A stretch of DNA of 64,000 nucleotides from Syntrophales bacterium (lineage in GTDB: Bacteria > Desulfobacterota > Syntrophia > Syntrophales > UBA2210), in NCBI GenBank assembly GCA_963662405.2, contig CAXXKT010000002.1, positions 224,001 through 288,000 on the forward strand, in the 5' to 3' direction. Of the stretch, positions 9,294 to 18,864 are shown in pieces (within the stretch, counting starts at the first letter, position 1; every line of letters begins with the position of its first letter). Position numbers and translations under genes: made by a program. The notes beneath the pieces were generated by a model, which had not been told where the DNA came from, did not search any database, and saw only the letters and a program-made list of their open reading frames with translations.

Positions 9294-11375
9294 ATGAAAC
9301 AAAATCTCTTCATGCGTCATCCACATGGTTCCGATCACAGGGGAAGTATGGCTATTCTCTCTCTTGCGGTATTCCTTGCCTGTCTGGCCTGCACGGCAAG
9401 CGCCTTCTCATTTCCTATCACTTTCACGGACGACATGGGGGAAAGAATCACCCTTCTCCAGCGACCGGAACGGGTCGTTTCGCTTGTCCCCGCGATTACC
9501 GAGATCCTCTGCGGGATCGGAGCGGGTGAGACCGTCAGGGGGATCACCTACCATGACACCTATCCCGCCGAGACTGAGGGTAAAACGGTCGTTGGAGGAT
9601 TCTTTGCCCCTTCACTCGCGATGATCGAGAGATGTAATCCGCAGATTATCTTCGCCGCCGACATCCACGATGCGATCAGAAAAGGGTTTGCACAAAACCA
9701 TCCCACGTGCAGGGTGATCACCCTCTCCATATCGTCCCTTTCCGATCTGTACGCGACCATAACGCTCCTCGGGAACGTCTTCGAACGGAAAGACGGCGCA
9801 CAACTGCTGATACACGATATCACTTCCGATATCGAGGTCATTTCCCGGAAGATCGCGTCCATTCCCCCGTCAGAGAGGAAGCGTGTTATCCGCCTCATGG
9901 GACGTTCTGAGATCATGACGCCGGGAGATGATTCATTCCAGAACGAGTACATCCGGCTGGCCGGTGGGATCCCCCCTGTACTGGGGAAGACGGGGCACAT
10001 CGTCCCCGTTTCCCTAGCGGAATGGAAGGGGTTCAACCCGCAGGTTATTTACGGATGTGGTCAAGACCGGCACACGACACAAGGGCTCCTCAACCGCCCG
10101 GGGTGGCGCGATGTGGAGGCCATCAAAACGAAAAACATCCATATGTTCCCCTGTGATCTGACCTGCCGTATGTCGACGCGCGCGGGAGCATTTGTCTCTT
10201 CACTGGCAGCGGCCCTCTACCCGGAGCATTTTTCGAACCCGAAAGAGCAGGTCTTGCGGGATGGGATTCGTTCGTCCCGGCTGCTGGACATCGACCTCGA
10301 TTATATCCACCAGGCGCGTATTGACTACAGCTTTATTCATGATTTCATGAATAAGACGCTCGTCGTTGCCTTTCGTGAACCCATGGAGATCATCTCGACC
10401 CTCGAGGGACCACGGAAAGAGATCGATGTCGTGGGAAATCACTCTTCCCCACCGCCCTGCTGGGGTATTGAGCACGCCCGGGGACTCGACCATACGAGAA
10501 AACACCTTTTCGACACCCTGGGGCTCGACGGCGGTGGTGCGGCATTTCTCTTCACCGGAGCGGATATGGACCATCTGGCCATTGAAAGGACCTCTTTCGG
10601 CGACAGGGTTGTGTATGCCCTGGTTACGGCGGGGGTCAAAGGAAACGCCATGCGGGCCTCATGCGATGGGGGAAGTTATTACGAACCGGGAACGATCAAC
10701 ATAATCCTTATGACCAATACGAAGCTGACGCCCCGGGCCATGACGCGCGTCCTCATCACCGCGACGGAGGCAAAAACGGCGGCCCTCGGTGATCTGGACA
10801 TTCGGAGCAGCTACACCCCTCTCTCCAACCAGGCCACCGGAACGGGAACCGACAACATTATCGTCGTCTCCGGATCGGGGGCTCGGATCGACAACACCGG
10901 CGGACACTCAAAGATGGGAACGCTCATCTCGCAGGCCGTATACCGCGCCGTATGCCGCGCCATACAGCGGCAGAATGGCCTGGTCACCGGCAGATCGGTC
11001 TTCGCCCGTCTGGAGGACCGGAAGATCACCATTGGCGGTCTGGCGGTATCCGAGGAGGTGGAACGGGATATCGGGGCAAATCGTCTCAAACCCGCCCTGG
11101 AACAACTTCTCCTCGACGAACGATATACCGGGTTCCTCTGCTGTGCCCTATCCATCAGCGACGATTACCAGCGGGGACTGGTGAAAGGGATGGATGCATT
11201 TAACCGGTGGTGCCACGCGATGGCCGAAGGTGTTGCAGGGAAAACGATACCGGCCGTCCCAACGATCCTCGTCCCCGACGAAAAACCGCCCGTCATCCAT
11301 CACGCCCTGAACAGTCTGTTGTACGGGCTGTCCCTGCGACTGCAGAAATCGAACGATGATCAGACCAGACAGTGA
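9294..11375 (+). CDS. cbiZ: Fusion: BtuF-like periplasmic cobalamin-binding protein + adenosylcobinamide amidohydrolase (CbiZ)
   Basis: Signal peptide ending ASA. N-half has PERVVSLVPAITEILCGIG (Fe/B12 binding protein). C-half has TAGVKGNA, GTINII, ITATEAKTAAL and ATGTGTD (CbiZ). Start may be 9348. Confidence 0.85.
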   Translation: MKQNLFMRHPHGSDHRGSMAILSLAVFLACLACTASAFSFPITFTDDMGERITLLQRPERVVSLVPAITEILCGIGAGETVRGITYHDTYPAETEGKTVVGGFFAPSLAMIERCNPQIIFAADIHDAIRKGFAQNHPTCRVITLSISSLSDLYATITLLGNVFERKDGAQLLIHDITSDIEVISRKIASIPPSERKRVIRLMGRSEIMTPGDDSFQNEYIRLAGGIPPVLGKTGHIVPVSLAEWKGFNPQVIYGCGQDRHTTQGLLNRPGWRDVEAIKTKNIHMFPCDLTCRMSTRAGAFVSSLAAALYPEHFSNPKEQVLRDGIRSSRLLDIDLDYIHQARIDYSFIHDFMNKTLVVAFREPMEIISTLEGPRKEIDVVGNHSSPPPCWGIEHARGLDHTRKHLFDTLGLDGGGAAFLFTGADMDHLAIERTSFGDRVVYALVTAGVKGNAMRASCDGGSYYEPGTINIILMTNTKLTPRAMTRVLITATEAKTAALGDLDIRSSYTPLSNQATGTGTDNIIVVSGSGARIDNTGGHSKMGTLISQAVYRAVCRAIQRQNGLVTGRSVFARLEDRKITIGGLAVSEEVERDIGANRLKPALEQLLLDERYTGFLCCALSISDDYQRGLVKGMDAFNRWCHAMAEGVAGKTIPAVPTILVPDEKPPVIHHALNSLLYGLSLRLQKSNDDQTRQ

Positions 11376-11450
11376 CAGGCGGCTCTCGATGAGATATACT
11401 CCCCACCTCATACAAAATACGGTGATATGACGTTTTTGATGCGGTAGCGG

Positions 11451-12419
11451 ATGTCAACAGGTGTCACAATGATCACGCCTTTTCCCTTTGCAATGGCCTA
11501 TCTCTTGGATCTGGTCCTCGGCGATCCCCGCCGCATGCCTCATCCCGTGGAGGCGATCGGGTGGGCAACCAACAGGTGCGAGGGGCTCGTCCGCCGGCAT
11601 ATCTCCAATCTGCGGCTGGGGGGTGTTCTCCTCTGGCTGGTCATCGTCTCTGCGACCTTCACCGCCGCATATCTGGTCCAGGCGGCGGCATACCTGATAC
11701 ACGGCACGGTCGGTACGATTGTCGTGATTCTCGGCGCGTGGACCACGCTGGCAACGCGTTCTCTCTACGATCATGGCAGGGCCGTCGTCATCGAGGTCGA
11801 AGGAGGGGATCTCCCGGCGGCACGCCGGAAACTCTCGATGATCGTCGGAAGAGATACCCGGGGACTGAGCAGAGAGGAGATCCTCCAGGCCGTCGTGGAG
11901 ACGGTGGCGGAAAATCTCTCGGACGGGGTTATCGCCCCCCTCTGTTATCTGCTGCTGGGGGGCTTCCCCCTGGCACTCACCTACAAGGCGATCAATACGC
12001 TCGATTCGATGGTGGGACATCGTACCGAACGGTACCGGGAAATCGGATGGTTTGCTGCACGCGCGGACGACACCGCCAACTGGGTCCCGGCACGACTGGC
12101 TGGGGTCCTGATCGTTGCCGCATCCTGTGTCATCGGTCGCAGTGTGAGGGGATCCTGGCGGATCATGCAACGGGACGGGAACAATCACCTCAGCCCGAAC
12201 AGCGGCATTCCCGAAGCGGCAATGGCGGGGGCACTCGGTATCCGGCTGGGCGGGACCCACCATTATTTCGGGGAACCAGTCGAAAAACCGACGATTGGCG
12301 ACAGGAACAAAGTGGCCGATACGCGAGATGTAACAGCGGCTTTGCGGATCATGCTGTGCTCATCCGTCGGCGCCGCGGTCGTCGCGCTGGCAATGCTCAT
12401 GGTGGTGAAACATGGCTGA
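11451..12419 (+). CDS. cbiB: Adenosylcobinamide-phosphate synthase
   Basis: Motifs LGDP..HPV, IVGRDT, ETVAENLSDGVIAP, INTLDSMVG and SPNSGIPEAAMAGALG. Confidence 0.95.
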   Translation: MSTGVTMITPFPFAMAYLLDLVLGDPRRMPHPVEAIGWATNRCEGLVRRHISNLRLGGVLLWLVIVSATFTAAYLVQAAAYLIHGTVGTIVVILGAWTTLATRSLYDHGRAVVIEVEGGDLPAARRKLSMIVGRDTRGLSREEILQAVVETVAENLSDGVIAPLCYLLLGGFPLALTYKAINTLDSMVGHRTERYREIGWFAARADDTANWVPARLAGVLIVAASCVIGRSVRGSWRIMQRDGNNHLSPNSGIPEAAMAGALGIRLGGTHHYFGEPVEKPTIGDRNKVADTRDVTAALRIMLCSSVGAAVVALAMLMVVKHG

Positions 12420-13500
12420 ACGGGCACATGGCGGGAATGTCGAGGAACTCGCACGCGGCAGTGGAATCGGTCCCGGATCGATTATCGATTTCAGCGCAAG
12501 CATCAATCCGCTGGGATACCCCCCCGGGGTACGCCTCCGGACGATGGAATCCTTCGATTGCATCCTCCATTACCCCGATATCGACTCGTACGATCTCACG
12601 CGGGCCCTGGCCGACTACCACGGCATCGCACCGGAACATATACTCGTCGGGAATGGATCGACGGAATTCATCTACTGGCTTCCCCTTCTCCTCAGACTGC
12701 GGCGGGGGCTGATCGTCACGCCCGCTTTCAGCGAGTACGAAAAGGCGTTGAGGCTGGCTGGGGCGGAGGTGACATGTTTCGGGACCCGGCGGGAAGACGG
12801 GTTTCGCCTCGACATCCCGGCACTGGCCGGACGCCTCGCAGAGGACATCGATATCCTCTTTCTGGGCAATCCCGCCAACCCCTCGGGGGTTCTCGCGGAT
12901 CGGACGAGCCTTCACCACCTCATATCGGTCGCCGAAAAGGAGGGGGTTACCCTCGTCATCGATGAGGCCTTCATCGACTTCGTGGAAGACGAATCGATCG
13001 TAGGGCGGGCACTCGAATCCGACACCGTCATCGTCCTGCGCTCCATGACCAAATTCTTCGGTCTTCCGGGTCTCCGTGTCGGGTATATTGTCGCACACAG
13101 ATCACTGATTGAACGGATCGGGAAACAGAAGCCCCCCTGGACAGTCAATGCGCTGGCACAGCGTGCCGCCACCGAGGCACTCAATGATCAGGCGTTTATC
13201 GAACGGAGCCGCACCTATGTGGCAACCGAGCGAGCCTTTCTCCACGAAAGGCTGGAACGTATCGGGGGGTTCAGTGTCACACCGGGCACGGCCAACTATC
13301 TCCTCGTACACATAAACGAAACGGTGCCCCTTGACGCCCCGGGGCTGAGACTCCGGCTCCTTGAAACCGGCATCGCGATTCGTGACTGCTCAAACTTTCG
13401 GGGACTGGACGGACGCTTCTTCCGCGTGGCGGTCAAGACGAGACACGATAACCTGCTCCTGGTGGACAGGCTTCAGGAGACCCTTGCACACCCGGACTGA
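12412..13500 (+). CDS. cobD: L-threonine-O-3-phosphate decarboxylase
   Basis: Motifs HGGN, DFSASINPLG, GNGSTE, DEAFIDF and RSMTKFFGLPGLRVGY (PLP lysine). Confidence 0.92.
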   Translation: MAERAHGGNVEELARGSGIGPGSIIDFSASINPLGYPPGVRLRTMESFDCILHYPDIDSYDLTRALADYHGIAPEHILVGNGSTEFIYWLPLLLRLRRGLIVTPAFSEYEKALRLAGAEVTCFGTRREDGFRLDIPALAGRLAEDIDILFLGNPANPSGVLADRTSLHHLISVAEKEGVTLVIDEAFIDFVEDESIVGRALESDTVIVLRSMTKFFGLPGLRVGYIVAHRSLIERIGKQKPPWTVNALAQRAATEALNDQAFIERSRTYVATERAFLHERLERIGGFSVTPGTANYLLVHINETVPLDAPGLRLRLLETGIAIRDCSNFRGLDGRFFRVAVKTRHDNLLLVDRLQETLAHPD

Positions 13501-13530
13501 GCCGTGGCGGCGAAAGACACCAACGAAAAG

Positions 13531-13676
13531 GCGTGTCATGCACCTCATGGGCCGTTCAGAGATCACGACACCGGGAAATGATTCATTCCAGAATGAATAT
13601 ATCCGGCTGGCCGGAGGGATCCCCCCGTACCGGGGGAGACGGGCCACATCGTCCCCGTTTCCGCAGCGGAATGGAA
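13531..13676 (+). pseudogene. Degenerate fragment of a btuF-cbiZ paralog
   Basis: Aligns to 9881-10027 with 17 mismatches and one 1-nt deletion (counted by hand); no start or RBS context. Confidence 0.85.
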
Positions 13677-13870
13677 AAAGAGGAGCGCCTGAGAGACTCT
13701 CTGGAAAATCAGTGATCTGCTCATCTCTTCCCGATATCCCCGCAATCGTGTATCGACTCCTCGATAATTATGAGCGTCCCGGCACCTCTCTCGCACTTGA
13801 ATTTGGATATCAAATAGGATATCGTAATAGGTCAATTAAAACGATAGTGACTTCGAATATTTGAGGAGAA

Positions 13871-14923
13871 ATGAAAGACTTTAGGAAGAGCGTGCTCATC
13901 GGCATCAGCGGCGGCGTGGACAGCGCTGTGGCGGCAGCGATTTTGCAAGAGCGGGGATACCACGTCGAGGGACTGTACCTACGAAACGGTTTCCCTGTCG
14001 GGGGCGAAGAAGCTGCGGCCACTGTTGCGGACCGCTTGGGCTTTCCGTTCCATGTTCTCGATATCACTGAATCGTTTCGAACTGATATCGTCGATTACTT
14101 CGCCGGCGAGTATCTGGCGGGAAGAACTCCGAACCCCTGCATTGTCTGTAACAAACGAATCAAGTTCCGATATCTCCGGAAGGAGGCACGCGCCCGTGGC
14201 CTCGGTTGTATCGCGACGGGCCACTATGCGCGCGTGAAGGAGAGAAACGGTAGTTTCCAGCTCCTCAAAGGGATCGACACCACCAAGGACCAGTCCTATT
14301 TCCTCTTCCAGCTTGGTCAGGAAGAGCTTGCACAGCTGATCCTCCCCAACGGAGACCGGACAAAGGGAGAAATTCGAAAGCTGGCGCAGGACCTTTCACT
14401 TCCTCCACGGGCGGAAAGCCAGGAGATCTGCTTTATTCCGGACGACAATTATCGTACCTTTCTGGAGGACTATCCGGTCGCCCTCCCCTCTCCCGGGAAT
14501 ATTATAGATCGGGAAGGAACAATCGTGGGGAAACATCGGGGGACCCACACGGTAACGATCGGACAGCGCAAAGGACTCAATATCGCCTCATCCCGCCCCT
14601 ATTATGTGATCGAAATCAATACCGGAAAAGATGAGGTGATCGTGGGAAGAGATGAAGACCAGTTCAGCCACGGCCTCCGTGCACACCATTGTTCCTGGAT
14701 ATCGGGGGATTTTCCTTCCCACGGTACGTTTCAGGCACGGGTCTGTATCCGTTACCGCCACCGAGGTGTCGACGCGGAGATTACTCCCCTCCCCCGTGGA
14801 CGGGTGCGGGTCGACTTCACGACCCCCCAAAAGGCGGTGGCCTCCGGACAGGCGGCGGTCTTCTTCCGGGACGATCTCCTCCTGGGCGGCGGCTGGATCG
14901 AGGGAGGGCTGCACGATGCTTAA
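13871..14923 (+). CDS. mnmA: tRNA 2-thiouridylase
   Basis: Motifs SGGVDS, TPNPCIVCN, ATGHYA, KDQSYFL and ESQEICF. Confidence 0.96.
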   Translation: MKDFRKSVLIGISGGVDSAVAAAILQERGYHVEGLYLRNGFPVGGEEAAATVADRLGFPFHVLDITESFRTDIVDYFAGEYLAGRTPNPCIVCNKRIKFRYLRKEARARGLGCIATGHYARVKERNGSFQLLKGIDTTKDQSYFLFQLGQEELAQLILPNGDRTKGEIRKLAQDLSLPPRAESQEICFIPDDNYRTFLEDYPVALPSPGNIIDREGTIVGKHRGTHTVTIGQRKGLNIASSRPYYVIEINTGKDEVIVGRDEDQFSHGLRAHHCSWISGDFPSHGTFQARVCIRYRHRGVDAEITPLPRGRVRVDFTTPQKAVASGQAAVFFRDDLLLGGGWIEGGLHDA

Positions 14924-16232
14924 GATTGCCGTGGCCACCCTTGGGTGCAAGGTGAATCACTACGAGACGGCCGGGATCGTAGAGAATCTGGAAGCACAAG
15001 AAGAGGTATGCGTCGTCCCTTTCTCTTTACCTGCCGATCTGTACATTGTGAACACCTGCACGATCACGGCGAAGACGGATTTTCAGTCCCGGCAACTGGT
15101 CCGCCGGGCATACCGAACCAATCCGTCTGCCCTGATCGTCGTGACCGGCTGCTACGCGCAGATCGCCCCGCAGGAGCTTGCGGCACTGCCCGGGGTGCGT
15201 TTGGTCGCGGGGACAGAGATGAAGGAGCGGCTCCCGGCGATCATCCGTGAGGTCATCGAGGGAGAACCGCGGATCGATATCGGTAACATCACCCGGAAAC
15301 GAACCGTCTCGGACCTCCCGGTAACGCGGTTCCCCGACCAGACCCGCGCCTATCTGAAGGTGCAGGACGGATGCAATCTCTTCTGCAGCTACTGCATCAT
15401 TCCCTATGCCCGGGGACGGAGCAGGAGTCTCCCTGAAGAGGACGTCATCAGACAAGTGACGACTCTCACCAGGGCCGGGCATCGGGAGATCATCCTGACC
15501 GGGATATGTCTTGGGGCCTATGGACGGGATCTGTCCCCATCCACTGCCCTTCTTGACCTTTTAAAACGAATAGAACAGGACACGGATCTCGAACGACTCC
15601 GGATCAGTTCCCTGCACCCGATCGACATATCGGACGAGATGATCGCGTACTTCCGGAATTCGAGGATCCTCTGCCGACATCTCCACCTGTCGCTCCAGAG
15701 CGGCAACGACCGGATCCTGAGACTGATGCGGCGCGACTATACCACCGCCGCGGTCAACAACCTTGTTCGGAAACTCCGGTCCGCCATCCCCGGAATCGCC
15801 ATCGGGATGGATGTCATCACGGGATTTCCGGGTGAGGGAGAGGAAGAGTTCCTTGACACACTTCGTTTCATCGAAAAGATAGGGCTTGCGTATCTACACG
15901 TTTTCCCCTATTCTCGCCGTCCCGGTACGAGGGCCTCCTCCTTCCCCGATCAGGTCCTCAAGTCGGTCAAAAAAGAGCGAGCGGCCGCCCTGCGGGGGGT
16001 TGGCGAACGAAAGAGGATCGCATTCAACGGCGGGTTTATCGGTGAAGAACTTCCCGTCCTGGTAGAGGGGACAATAGACAAAGAAACCGGCTGGATAAAG
16101 GGGTTTTCAGATAATTACGTGCCGGTGCTGCTCCCGGAAGGTGACCCGTCCCTTGCCAATCGCATTGTACCGGTTGTGTTGCATCGTATGATCGGAGAAA
16201 AGGTCGTGGGAAGGATCGTAACCGATGGATAA
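14916..16232 (+). CDS. mtaB: tRNA (ms2t6A37) methylthiotransferase
   Basis: TLGCKVNHYET, NTCTIT, KVQDGCNLFCSYC and HVFPYSRRPGT motifs. ATG at 14916 overlaps the mnmA stop. Confidence 0.93.
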   Translation: MLKIAVATLGCKVNHYETAGIVENLEAQEEVCVVPFSLPADLYIVNTCTITAKTDFQSRQLVRRAYRTNPSALIVVTGCYAQIAPQELAALPGVRLVAGTEMKERLPAIIREVIEGEPRIDIGNITRKRTVSDLPVTRFPDQTRAYLKVQDGCNLFCSYCIIPYARGRSRSLPEEDVIRQVTTLTRAGHREIILTGICLGAYGRDLSPSTALLDLLKRIEQDTDLERLRISSLHPIDISDEMIAYFRNSRILCRHLHLSLQSGNDRILRLMRRDYTTAAVNNLVRKLRSAIPGIAIGMDVITGFPGEGEEEFLDTLRFIEKIGLAYLHVFPYSRRPGTRASSFPDQVLKSVKKERAAALRGVGERKRIAFNGGFIGEELPVLVEGTIDKETGWIKGFSDNYVPVLLPEGDPSLANRIVPVVLHRMIGEKVVGRIVTDG

Positions 16233-16932
16233 AGAACGGATCGGGGCTCTCGAGGGCCTGTCAGAGTCGGTAGGGTATCGCTTCGGCGATATCGCCCTGC
16301 TCGACCATGCGCTCACCCACGGTTCCTATGCCAACGAGAATCCCGAACTCGCGCCGGGAGACAACGAACGGTTGGAATTTTTGGGGGATGCTGTTCTCCA
16401 GCTCGGCATGAGCGATATGCTGATGGAATGCTTTCCCGAATATACCGAGGGACAACTCTCAAAGTTGCGGGCCGCCATGGTCAACGAACCATCGTTGGCC
16501 ACACTGGCCCGCCGTTTCAGGATCGGGGATTTCATACTTCTCGGGAAGGGCGAGGAAAAGGCGGATGGCCGAAACAAGGACTCCATTCTGGGGGATACCT
16601 TTGAGTCCCTGATCGGTGCCATATATCTTGACGGCGGCTATGAGCCCTCCCATGCCTTCATTAAACGGGCATTTCGCCCGCTCATCAAACGGTGGGCTGA
16701 TCAGCCTCTGTATCGGGACTATAAATCACTCCTCCAGGAAACCAGCCAGAGTCGTTTCAAAGAGATCCCTCGCTACCGAATTATCAACACAACCGGTCCC
16801 GATCATGATAAGATGTTCGAGGTGGAGGGTTCTATCGGGGGCATTATCAACACAACCGGAACCGGAAAGAATAAAAAAGAGGCCGAGCAGGACGCGGCCC
16901 GTAAAGCGCTGGAGATACTGGTAAAGTGGTGA
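16225..16932 (+). CDS. rnc: Ribonuclease III
   Basis: NERLEFLGDAVL signature and C-terminal dsRBD (DYKSLLQE..KKEAEQDAA). Confidence 0.97.
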   Translation: MDKERIGALEGLSESVGYRFGDIALLDHALTHGSYANENPELAPGDNERLEFLGDAVLQLGMSDMLMECFPEYTEGQLSKLRAAMVNEPSLATLARRFRIGDFILLGKGEEKADGRNKDSILGDTFESLIGAIYLDGGYEPSHAFIKRAFRPLIKRWADQPLYRDYKSLLQETSQSRFKEIPRYRIINTTGPDHDKMFEVEGSIGGIINTTGTGKNKKEAEQDAARKALEILVKW

Positions 16933-17951
16933 AGCAACTGATAGTCCCCATATTCGTCGTGCACGAGGGATGCCCCAACCGCTGTGTCTTCTGTAATGAG
17001 CGTATTGCCGCCGGGGACTACCCCGACAGGATCACCGGCGCCATCGTCAGGTCAATCTGTGACCGCCACCTTACACAAACCGGGAGAAAGTTCGATCAGA
17101 TAGCCTTCTTCGGCGGGAATTTTACCGGGATGGCCCGGGACCACCAGGTCGAACTCCTGGACGCCGCCAGGGAATACGTCGATGCAGGGATGGTCGCATC
17201 CATACGGCTATCGACCCGCCCGGACTATATCGATGAGGATCGCATCGATGTGCTTTCCCGATACCCTGTTTCAATCGTGGAAATCGGTGCCCAATCGATG
17301 AACGATAAGGTCCTGGCGGCCTCACGAAGGGGGCATACATCGGGTGATGTAAGGAGGGCACTGGGACTTTTGCGCAAAGCCGCAATACAAACCGGCGTGC
17401 ACCTGATGGCGGGACTCCCGGGGGACACCCGAGAGAGCTTCACCAACACCGTTCGTGAAATCATCGCCCTGCGCCCCGATACGGTCCGGATCCATCCGAC
17501 CATCGTATTCAAAGACACGGGACTGGCTGATGCGTACCGAGAGGGCACCTACCGTCCCCTGACACTTGATGAGGCCGTCGACCTCTGCAAGGGAGCACTC
17601 TTGAGGTTTCAGGAGGCCAACATCCCCGTGATCCGCCTGGGGCTTCACCCGACACCGGAAATGCTCTCCGGGGACAATATCGTCACGGGTCCTTTTCACC
17701 CGGCCTTTCGCTCCCTGGTGGAAGGAGCCATTTTCCTTGACATGGCAACGGAGTTATTGAAATCGTCCGATCTTCCCCGCGAGAAAGTCGTTTTTTCCGT
17801 GGCCCCGCGGGATGTCTCGAACCTCCGGGGAATGAAAAATCGGAACATCCGGATACTGAAAGAGTCATTTAACATACCGGAGATATTCGTCAGAGAGAAC
17901 GAAGGACAGGAGCGCGGCTCACTCAGAGTGAGCGAGCTTTCGGCAACTTAA
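16926..17951 (+). CDS. Radical SAM protein, Elp3/YhcC-like (no acetyltransferase domain)
   Basis: CPNRCVFC cluster motif, FFGGNFT, STRPD and GPFHPAF. Confidence 0.85.
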   Translation: MVKQLIVPIFVVHEGCPNRCVFCNERIAAGDYPDRITGAIVRSICDRHLTQTGRKFDQIAFFGGNFTGMARDHQVELLDAAREYVDAGMVASIRLSTRPDYIDEDRIDVLSRYPVSIVEIGAQSMNDKVLAASRRGHTSGDVRRALGLLRKAAIQTGVHLMAGLPGDTRESFTNTVREIIALRPDTVRIHPTIVFKDTGLADAYREGTYRPLTLDEAVDLCKGALLRFQEANIPVIRLGLHPTPEMLSGDNIVTGPFHPAFRSLVEGAIFLDMATELLKSSDLPREKVVFSVAPRDVSNLRGMKNRNIRILKESFNIPEIFVRENEGQERGSLRVSELSAT

Positions 17952-17961
17952 GGAGTTATAA

Positions 17962-18852
17962 GTGTTTAAATCAGGTTTTATTGGAATCATTGGAAAACCG
18001 AACGCGGGAAAATCTACGCTGATGAATCTCCTCGTAGGTGAAAAGGTGGCGATCAGTACCCACAAACCCCAAACGACCAGGAATCGGATCATGGGAATCA
18101 GGACCACCGAGGCAGGCCAGTTTATCTTCCTGGACACCCCCGGCATCCACCGGGCACGGACGCCGCTCAACCGGCAACTGGTATCGACCGCGATGAGTGT
18201 CCTTGACGACGTCAATATCCTCCTCCTGATTACCGACGCCGGGATACCGATCGGAGAGAATGACACACTGATCCTCTCATCGCTTAAAGACATACGAACA
18301 CCGGTCATCCTGGTAATCAACAAAATCGACCTGATCCCCAAGGAGCAACTCCTCCCCCTGATCAACGGTGTGAAAGACCTGTATCCCTTTAAAGAAATCG
18401 TCCCGGTCTCCGCCCTGAAGGGGTTCAACGGTGACCGGCTCCTGAAGGTTATCGAAGGGATCCTCCCGGAGGGGCCGCCCTACTTCCCGGACGATATGAT
18501 CACGGACCGCTCCGAGCGATTCCTCGCGGCCGAGATAATCCGGGAAAAAATCACCCTCTTTACCCACAAAGAAATCCCCTATTCAACCGCCGTCCTCATT
18601 GACTCGTTCAAGGAAGATGAGAAGAAGGGGCTGTTACACCTCCAGGCAACGGTGCACGTCGAAAAAGATTCTCAGAAAGGAATCATCATCGGCAGGAGAG
18701 GTACTATGCTCAAGAAAATCGGAACCGCCTCACGCCTGGAGATGGAGCGGTTCTTCGACATCAGGATCTACCTGGAGCTGTTCGTCAGGGTCCAGAAGAA
18801 CTGGGCACAGGACCCAAAGACACTGGGAGAATTCGGGTATCCGAATGGATAG
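17962..18852 (+). CDS. era: GTPase Era
   Basis: GKPNAGKST, KPQTTR, DTPG, NKID and a KH domain. Confidence 0.97.
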   Translation: MFKSGFIGIIGKPNAGKSTLMNLLVGEKVAISTHKPQTTRNRIMGIRTTEAGQFIFLDTPGIHRARTPLNRQLVSTAMSVLDDVNILLLITDAGIPIGENDTLILSSLKDIRTPVILVINKIDLIPKEQLLPLINGVKDLYPFKEIVPVSALKGFNGDRLLKVIEGILPEGPPYFPDDMITDRSERFLAAEIIREKITLFTHKEIPYSTAVLIDSFKEDEKKGLLHLQATVHVEKDSQKGIIIGRRGTMLKKIGTASRLEMERFFDIRIYLELFVRVQKNWAQDPKTLGEFGYPNG

Positions 18853-18864
18853 GAAACGGAGCGA

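Noticed and set aside
11561..12712. Long alternative-frame and antisense ORFs (e.g. 11561-12712, 23840-25048, 28599-29972, 45399-46412, 56816-57823)
   Set aside because: They are shadows of well-identified genes in GC-rich DNA, with no motifs or RBS.
13361..13864. 167-aa ORF as a real gene
   Set aside because: Chimera of the cobD overlap, the frameshifted btuF-cbiZ relic and intergenic sequence.
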